DNA from: Tubulanus polymorphus
Lineage: Eukaryota; Animalia; Nemertea
Length of the DNA stretch: 64,000 bases
Assembly: GCF_964204645.1 (NCBI RefSeq)
Contig: NC_134025.1
Location: 2,666,001 to 2,730,000 of the forward strand
Direction: 5' to 3'
The notes under the pieces are model-generated. The model did not search any database. It was not told the origin of the DNA and was given only the letters and a program-made list of their open reading frames with translations. The position numbers and the translations under genes were made by a program. This document shows positions 54,795 to 64,000 of the stretch, one piece after another; position 1 is the first letter of the stretch, and each line of letters opens with the position of its first letter.

Positions 54795-57700
54795 CGGCGA
54801 TTTGAACATTGAATCCCAGTGTGCTTACCCCTCCAACCACCACGTGCGATTGAAGGGATAATTGTGTTGTATTAGGCCGATATCAGTGAGGTGTCCAGTC
54901 AGGTGTGTGGTGACCACTCAGGCTTGATGACTGGTTGTCATAATGCCCTTCCACTCACACAAATCAATCTGGGCCTAAATTGTGTCATTCCGAAGGGAAA
55001 CTTCTAAAAAGTGAAATTCCCTTGAAGGCTCTAGGCCTAATTATAGACACTGGATTTAACAATTCATTTTAACACTGTGAACCCCTGTGATAGGCTTCTA
55101 AGCCTAGGGTTGGCCCTCCAGGTCGGCCAGTCCATCCATGATAGCTAAAATAATATTCATAGTCATATTAAATTAGTTCATTTGAGATCTGAATGATAGA
55201 TTGAGATGAGATTCTGAAATTGTATTTATTGATCTTTCACATCTATAATTAATCATGGCGCAATTAATGCGGTCCATGCTTCTCTACAGTCCGCTCTACT
55301 AGGCCAGCCTGCATTCTTTTCAGTTTTCAGGGTTCAATGAACTCTGACCAATTCCATCAATTTGAAATGTAACATGCAGCCAAATGTTTGCCTAGTGTAG
55401 CCTATTTATAGCATACTCTCATAAGTCAGTAGATTCCTGATCAATGCCAATAATAATAAGAAGGTACTCGTACACCTTTGATATTTCAGTAGGCCTACAG
55501 CATTGCACACGAGTGTTTTTTATGTTTTTTGTTGACATGAATTCAGATGGAGCCACTATACCGTCAGGATATATTTGAACTGACTGTGTCTGATGGCTGG
55601 TGTTCTCTCTGTCTGTTCAGGTTGTTTGTACGGGTTGGTGGTGTAGGCTACGATTTTCCTCGCACGTTGAAACAAGCGGAGTGCAATCATCTCGACAAAA
55701 ATCACTAGGACCCGTGTCAATAATTCGCACCCGGAGAATAATATCGCAAAGCCTGAAAGCTGCATTCGGTGCCAGGGTTACTAAGACCTCGGTAAGTATA
55801 GCAACCTGCGGTGTTAAAGAATCCAGGATTCTGTAATCATAACAACAATTGCTTTTTACTTAAGATTTAGTATCAATTTTTTGAACCAATTAATTATATA
55901 ATGTACGGGATGCAAATAACTGAACATCGGCATCAATAAAATTAATCAGAATTCCTAATTAGTTAGAATCCTCATTAAGATTAATTAAGAATTAATGATG
56001 TTTGATGATACGTTTGTAAAGCGATAATTCTGATTGTATGTTAAATATCTAGTTCATAAGAATAGGTTCATCTGAAGATCTGATGGTAAGTCTGCTGATG
56101 GACGTGAAGTCGTCCCAAATCGAATCAATTGATTTTTATCCTGTGTACACACAGTTCCACGCACAATGTAATAGTGCATAGCCGGTTTGTATATGAACGG
56201 TATTGACTTTCCATCGCAGACGTTACTTATCTAATTTACACTCATCTCGTTTTTCAAACTCTTATTTCAAAACGAGTCAAATTTCGAAGCCAAACGCTCA
56301 AAAAGCCGCTCTCTAATCCAATCTCGATGCTGTGAGGCTATATAGCTCAGTCTAGTCGTTAACTAGGGGGGGTCATGAGTGGGTCAAGGCCTCACTTGTA
56401 CTGATTTATTGATAGATCTCGATGAAATACAGTTTGCGCAAGTTTTTGCATCGATCGATTTCGACGTTTGATTTGTCACGTACTTGCGATCTGTCTGTTT
56501 CATTGATGCGGATATAGAACAGACTATACACAATATACCGGTATATCTGATTGTATATGAATCAATGAATGCTTTCGGCTCGTATCGATTTTCAACTATT
56601 TAAAAAGAAAAACTAACTGGTGTCGATATATTTTAAACGACAAATTCGCACTTTTAAATTGTCTAGCTGTTGACGATGAAGTCATTGTTATGTAGGTGTG
56701 CGGGTATTTTTATAGCTTTCTATTGTTAATTATCTAAAGTGCTGTGGAAGGATGCACTAAATATGGAATGCATCATCTGATCAAATAGAAACTAGTTTTT
56801 TATGGTAACTATTCTATATTGTATGTAGATGTGAATCTGAGTAATATCGCAGTCGTATAATATGAAATTTAGGTTTATGTTCTCTCACATCTAGAATTTC
56901 AAAGCCGGTAAAAAGTTATATGAGGTTATTAGTGTTTTAGGCATAGTTGCATAGTGAAGGCTTATATTTAAGACTAGTCCAAGTCAGGGTAGACCGAGTG
57001 GTACTCGTGGATGAATGAAGCTCAAATGTAATCGGATTCGCGTATTTTGGATGTGTAGAAATTTAGATTTGAACAGATATTCAGAATGCATCCTAGTTGT
57101 GGTAACATTTCAAAATGTTCCGTGGGACGACCCCCTAGTATTCCGTACCTCTGAGGCTGCTCTCAGTATTCACGAACAGTATTCACGAACTATTCGCCCC
57201 TATGTTTACTAGCCCATCTTGTTTCTATAGCCTATTCGACTGATAGGCCTACGGAGACTGACTCGGCACAGAAGGGTTAATTCATGAACCATATTAACCC
57301 GGGCACCAGCTCATAGTACGCAGCTCTTCCACATGTTGGTAGCATCTGATGAACAATTGCGAGTTAAATCATCCAAATTAAGCGCCATCGATTGCATATT
57401 CATTCATGTTGTCTTGAATAACGTAGATCGTTGAGTTGAATTGTAACCATGGATGTGTATAACACATAGTCATTACTCTCTTGTCAGTACTACGTGTCAT
57501 CGTTTTGAAGGTAACCAATCTAAAACTCGGCAATTAATTAAATTTGCATCACGTTTCTATCCATTGAATTTTAATGATCGTATAGTGTGGACACTTTCAG
57601 TGCCATTCAGTCGCACAACTGCGTTTGATAAAGTGAAATAATAAATCAATTGTGCCGATTGAACTACTATTCAAATACACAGAATTAAGCGGGTTTGACT

Positions 57701-59995
57701 AGTCCTTACAACTTGGACCTGGTTCTTGTGCTGCAATTGTGACTTAACATTTGACTAGAGTGAAATCATTGGGAAAATCAACTACAGGGAAACCTCATTA
57801 ACAAACTTCGAACAAAAATCTGTTCGTTACTACAAATAGTTCATTATATCTAGTGTGAAATTATTGGCGCAAAATTGTAGGTTTGTAAAAACTCATAAAT
57901 CGTTGTATGTGAGGTTCCATGTGATTTTAACTCTTAACCGGTAAATGTCGAGCTCGGTCCAGTTTTAGCTCAAAAAAGGGTTTGTTTTTTGAGTTAATTG
58001 TAAAAAATGTGCAGTTATCAGTAGAAACCGAGTAAGTTTAGGTAACCGGTATCGTATAACAACAGCTCATCTATTTTGGAAAGGTTAAACAGTGTTTTCA
58101 GCTGCCGGTATTGATGATTGGGATGCCTCTATACCGGCGCTGGTTGAGGAGCAGACAGCGCGATAGCCTAATTGAAGTGGTTGAAGTGTTAGGGGAACTA
58201 TGTGAATTTCAGATATATGCGTTTCTCTATTTCAGTTTTATGTAATTATTCAAACTTCAGGGGTGGATTCAGAGAGGGTCCTGATGGCTTTCAAGTTGCC
58301 TTTTTATGGTCGTAAAAAATAATCTGAAAACCAACTGAAACTGCCCTCTCGCGGGTGGATGATGAATATTAATGAGCCTAATCTTATTCCAAGTGAAATG
58401 TGCCCTATTTTGCCTGGAAATGTGCCCTTGTTTCTCCTGTACTCCTGGCCTAAACTCCACTCTGAACTTCACACCATAGCTACAGTTAATCACTACGTCA
58501 TTACTTCATTTATTGGTGAATTTCGTACAAGATACAATTCAGGTCTATTACATGTAAGCCTATTATCTGCCTATTTATATATTTTTCATATACAGTGTTT
58601 AAGTAATATCAATGATTAGGTCTTCACTTTTTTTGTCTGCTTTGTAATTAATAAACAATATGCAATTTGGTTTCTCTTTCAATAAGGCAGCAGGTAGGTA
58701 TAACCGTATTACCAAAAATACATGTATTTTTGGTATTACTGAAATCATAGTTTTTGCCGTTATTGCGATTTCATTATATAAACCGCTGGTACAGTTTATT
58801 AGAATATCTGGCATTATTGATGAAGAATTTTGTTAGAATTTCTAGGTATTGTATTTTGATGTTAAAGGGTTAAACTATGTAAAGTCTATACATTTTTTCA
58901 CTCGTTTGTGTGGATCTTTACATTTAAAAAGAAAGTCTGCCTTCGTCTGATCAGACATGTTTTCAAATGTCTTAACAGACTTGTGAATATTTGAATGAAG
59001 ACGTTTTCATATTTCTGATAGAAACTGAATAATGTCTTAGCTCGTATTCAGTTCTGCCTGTTGAATAGAGCATTATTAAATGTATTGTTTATAATGTCAG
59101 AGGTACAACATTTGGTGATCGGGATGAAGATCCATTCAACTTTGGTAAAAAACTGGTTTGACGTAAATCAATACGTATAAGATTATTTTGTTTGGATTTG
59201 ATCATTGACTTTATATTAGAGACCAGGTATGTCTAATGTTACACATACAGGACTCGTATTTAAAAAAGAATCGTATTAGATGGTCTAGTCAATTACCAGG
59301 GACCAGTTTATGATTCACATTAACCCTTAAATGTTATACGGCTTGTGCTATTTGTGTCATACTGCAACCAAACAACAACAAACCTTATTTGTGTAGATAT
59401 GTGCAGTCTTATTAAATCAAAATTCAAGTGAAATTGAAGGGGTCAGAGCAACGATGAGTTCAGTGATTTTTGAATCGAGAAATTTTATGTCAAGTTTTTT
59501 TATCTGTTTTAAAATTTCAACGCGACCAAACTTCCATCAGTACCGAATACAGACCACTAGTGAAAGTTACAAGGTCGAGGAGAGAAAGTTTTTATAAGAA
59601 AAAATTTAGAATGGTAGATTAGTTACATCAAAATCTATAAAACTGTAAGTCTGAGGTTTCTCATATACAGAAGCATGTGTGTTTGGTCCCGAGGATTGTT
59701 CAAGAAGAGAAATAAATTGAAATTGGCTGAAATTCTCGGTGAGAGTAGATTATCTACTGACAGTGTGAATAGTTAAAGTTCACCTGGTATCTAAAGAGTT
59801 AATTACGTAATGTTATTAGTAAAACGTTCCTAACTCTGTATTATACACATTCATAGATTGTTATATGATACTCATGAATCGAGCTTCATATTTATTTGTA
59901 TCATCGTGTAATGTCTGTTACTTTCTTTTGGCCAGCCATTATGTTACACTATATAACTTGTGCGCAGTAATTCGGATTTAATCAACTTAAACAGG

Positions 59996-60160
59996 AAATC
60001 AGGGAAATTTGTTTGCTAAATCGCGTGAAAAATCAGTTTTCATGTTGTACATATATAACTGTATTAATTGAGTGAATTCCGAGCAGTTGAAGTCAGGGAA
60101 AACAACATGCATGTCAGGGAATAGTCAGGTAAAAAGCAAGCCAAGAAAAGTGGTCACCCA
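59996..60160. mobile_element. Second copy of the TCAGGGA-repeat non-autonomous element
   Basis: Similar, in opposite orientation, to 14316-14545. Confidence 0.55.
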
Positions 60161-61265
60161 GTTTAACTGAGATGAAGATATTTCCCAGGATTTGTTCGTA
60201 GTTTTTTGCTAGAACGGTATAAAGACAAATATTGGAAGTTGTTCCACTTTTAGTCGTGCCAGACATAACTCTGGCAAGTTGACAAATATATCATCTATTA
60301 ACCAACTGATGTTTGACATAACTGAGTTACTATTTTATATTATTGACTGGTGCTAAAAACGTGAAAGATATGTATAAATATCCCGTACATTTCTCTATTT
60401 GATTTTGTTTTTAACTCATGATTTCGAATCGGAAACAGTTCCAATAATAGTGCTGCTTATTTTCCCAACAGCCAAATACCTAAGCCCTAAGCTGTAAGCG
60501 TAGTTTACTACCAAGGCCACATTTCCTGCTCCATACGATCATAGAGCTGCAACGCGAGTGATATCAGGGAAATGAGGATATTCCGAATACGTGACCAAAA
60601 ACCCTGATCTACCGTCAGAATTGCTCGTTCGATAATAAACTGGCTTTCACATGCGATGCTAACATGCTATAGGTAATACTCCCCCAGTGGCATTTACGTA
60701 GAGGTATCTGTATGTTATTTTCTGGTGTTCACGCTTGATAGATTGCTTTTCATGTTTTCTTGTTTCTTCGCAACCTTTTGAGCATCTTGAGTATTGGGCG
60801 TGTAAGTATATAGCCTTGGCATTTTAAGACATTGTAGTTATCGCATCGTTATCATTTTGTTTGTACAAATGCACCTCATCGCCCCGGTAAAACTGGCTAA
60901 CGTTATTATCATTACCTTCGTAATATCGAGAGAATAGTTCGCTATAATAGCTTTTGAAACCATCAAATGTGTCTGGCAGACAATCAGCTATTAGCTGATA
61001 ATTGAAAAAAATGTCAAAACAATTCTCATTTGTTGGAATCAATTAGATATAAATCATTAAAATTCCGTGCACGAGCTTTATTTGCCAACTCATACAAACC
61101 CCGGCATGTGTGCTTCGAGCGGGAATGATCGAACATATTTCATGTGTTTTTGCTAAAAAAACCTAAGTATATATAGAAAACATCAGGGATAAAGAACAGC
61201 CGTTTTCAGATGTCTTACTATGTGTTTATATACCAGGTGTTACTAACATATCAGTACTTCTAAAG

Positions 61266-61775
61266 CTCGGCGTCCCTGCCCCGTTAGGGGGGGAGTGGTA
61301 TCGGGGTCCGGACCCCTTCCATCTAATCCAGGTTGCCCTTTTTATCACGACAGACATTGTTAAGATCGAATAAGTTAAGATCTATTAAAATGGCATTCAT
61401 CCTCCCGTGGATGGATTCAAATATATCTAACCCCAGTAGTGGAATCCTGTGCGTGTATCCAAGAATTTGAGACAGCGCCAATGGATCAATTTAGAATTAC
61501 GATCATGCGGTAGGCAGTGCAGGAGGGCTGTGCTGTCCTCTCGCATGGCGCGATGCACCTAAAAGGGTCTGTGTCCTCCCCCAGAAAATTTTGAAAAATT
61601 AAATGCTTTCTGGTACATTCTACGCTGTTTTCGCTAAAAATCAACAGATTATAATGACGAATTTTGTGTCAAATTGTTGAGCTATGTATCTTTATATTGA
61701 CATGATATTCACTATGTTTTTTAAATGTTTGGTCGGCCGAAAAAAGGGGGGCATGCGCCACGTACGCCCCCTTCT
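61266..61775. mobile_element. Degenerate GC-rich-ended DNA transposon/MITE fragments
   Basis: G/C-run termini (GGGGTCCGGACCCC; CCCCCAGAAAATTTTGAAAAATT; AAAAAGGGGGGCATGCGCC..CGCCCCC) like those of widespread invertebrate MITEs; boundaries uncertain. Confidence 0.4.
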
Positions 61776-64000
61776 GAGTAAGACTACTATTAGTTTCTAC
61801 TTGTCAAGAGCTCAACTATCATTACTCTCATTTTCAGTAAGAACTACTTCAATTAGAGATATAAGCTTGCCCCTGTCCCATATCAGTAAACCTAGGCCCG
61901 ATGTCCTCGTCCAGGTCATGTTTAAAGTCCTTGTAATTGATTAATTCTATATGCTTTTAACGACTGATTCAATACCGTTCACTCGCGGTCATGGACTATG
62001 ACCTGATAACTGTTCTGCATAGACATTCAATTATTCATATATAAAGGTGTCGTCGTTAAATTCAATAAAAAGTATTTGATTCGTGTGAAATAAAACTCGT
62101 ACGCTTAATTTTCATATCGAGTGAATGTTTGTGTGTGATTATAATGCGCGGGGAGGAGTTATGAGGTACTGTATATCTACTATCTATCTTAAGAATAGGC
62201 GATACTTGTTCGAATCAATCGTACATTCTAATATACTCGAATTACTGTTGAAATATTATTGAACAGCAATGGAATAAACTCTAAACAAATTTTAGTGGTA
62301 AAATGAAAGTTATTCAATACAAAATCACAAATGAAAAGACGTTTCAGACTCTCATGAAGTGTGTAGGGAGCTGAGTCTTTTGATGAATAAATTTCGGTTT
62401 TTACGTTTTTGAATTTGTTGATAGCAGGTTTTAATCTGATATCTATTCACCAGTGTTGAGTACGGCTCTAGATATCTGCTGAGGTTTATACCAACAATCC
62501 CGATGATGCTTCTGCCTGAATTAATATCAGGTCTTCATATCGGAAATTGATGATGCCATCATAAAAACGTGCAGTTAAAACGAATGAGTTGTTGGATTAT
62601 TGTGTCCGGTCTATGCGATGTGGTGTAGGTAGTATCTGCAATGATTTCATGGAATGTTCCACTTGCTCTTTGCGTAGTCTCTGCATCGATCTCTCCTCCG
62701 CATACGGCTCGGCTCGCCATAAAACCATCGACTTATTCAATCGGTGATAGCCTTTATTTTCCATCACCGGCAGCGGTTTATATATATACACACAGTGTCC
62801 ATGTGTTCGATTGTGACCACTTCATCGCACATGTGTCGCCCATCAAACATCAGCCGTAGACATCTGTATCAAAAACCAGCTTGTCTCTCTATTAATAGTT
62901 CAGTTAACCTCAAATCTCTCGATATGTTCTCTGTCAGATACCGACTGGGTTCGAGTTCTTCAGCTCGGTAGGAAATGAAACCCTTCCTTTTTTTTAATTG
63001 GCATTTAAATCTGATTCTATTTGCCGTGAATGTTCTATTTTCGCTGTACCACTATACACTGTATGAGAACTGCACAAACAGTTGATTTTTATGCGTTTCG
63101 TTTTAATGAAGATATTGATGACATTTCGTCATTGCTTCGCGTAGTAGTTTGTCGTATTTGTTGAAACGGAACGTTTTCAATGCGTGTTTTCGCTTCTGGG
63201 CGTATCCTCATTTCTGTATTGATTTCATTCGGGTTTTACTTATTTTCTTTGCTCGGACATCAATTCTAATAACGATAAGCTCAGTCGTTCACGACCGATA
63301 CTGGAGATGTTCCCTAGGCACTTTTACCTAGATCCGGCGGCCGGAATTCTGCCAAAAACATTATTTAAAAAATTGTTTTTCGTTTCCTCAGAAATTGTTT
63401 TCATCATAGATTTTAAAAGAAATTGATTTTTGTTTTAAATTTTTCAGACTGTTTGATCTAATTATTTGTGAAACGTTAGTTTTCTTCATTATTCCGATCA
63501 TTGGAGTTCAGTTCAGTTTTTATTTTTTTTCCACAGTCTTCTATGCAGTTTTCTGTGATTTTATCTGGAAAATCCTTGAACAGCCAAAATAAGTTTTTTC
63601 CTGTTCTCTTCCATTTTAAAACGCCTGTTAAAGAAAAAAATGTATTGCTTATTTTTCTTCCTTCTCCTTCAATGTATTTCTTATAAAAATCCTTGCTCCG
63701 AGTTATTTTAAAAAAAAGTCCCTATGATAGTCACAAGCACATTTTGCTTAGTGATTTTTATGCGTTGGTTCGTCACGTATCTTGTCAATGATAAATGAAT
63801 ATCGTAGTAGTTATATGTGTCTCGGTATCTGCCTCTAAACCTCTCATAATCCTCATCTCGCCGTCAGTTGCGCGATGTTTCACCACCAACTTGTTCCTGT
63901 ATTGACTGAATGCCTGACGACCCTGTAGGCGGTTATTACAGGAATAATCACTTCCCAACTCTTAACTCTCTTACTTACAAAAAGTGAAGCGGCTTACATA

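Noticed and set aside
56090-56125. Hammerhead-like CTGAT-GGACG...CGTCC-CAAA
   Set aside because: Core nucleotides are missing or substituted and no stem I or III is evident.
61445-61465. miR-210-like sequence CTGTGCGTGT near a HIF locus
   Set aside because: Only about 10 nt match, no precursor hairpin is seen and it lies in a repeat fragment.

Overview
AT-rich, intron-containing animal DNA, most consistent with a non-vertebrate bilaterian (a bark beetle/anakonda gene plus a HIF-alpha that keeps NODD, CODD and CAD); it is not prokaryotic, so the short ORFs of the track are mostly exon fragments or noise. Seven protein-coding genes were assembled by hand from GT-AG splice sites: the 3' part of an uncharacterised polyQ/RS-rich gene (+, to 5224), HIF-alpha (-, 8280-18872, 15 exons, about 743 aa), a single-coding-exon C2H2 zinc-finger gene (-), KIF-binding protein (+), LRRC9 (-), CKAP2-like (+) and bark beetle (+, 15 exons, about 2891 aa). 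About 11.5 kb with no recognisable gene follows. Introns hold a tRNA-derived SINE with a target-site duplication, several MITE families, a nested MITE tandem array, a polypurine minisatellite and long palindromes. The observations most worth following up are: a minimal hammerhead ribozyme inside an inverted Penelope-like remnant in a bark intron; a compact LRRC9/CKAP2 bidirectional promoter combining a ciliary X-box with a cell-cycle E2F/CDE-CHR module; an atypical WEERAP CODD degron, an overlapping uORF and a possible CAD-less terminal exon in HIF-alpha; and a Trp-rich insert in Bark. No wholly new multi-gene system can be demonstrated from sequence alone. All coordinates were read manually and no database search was run.
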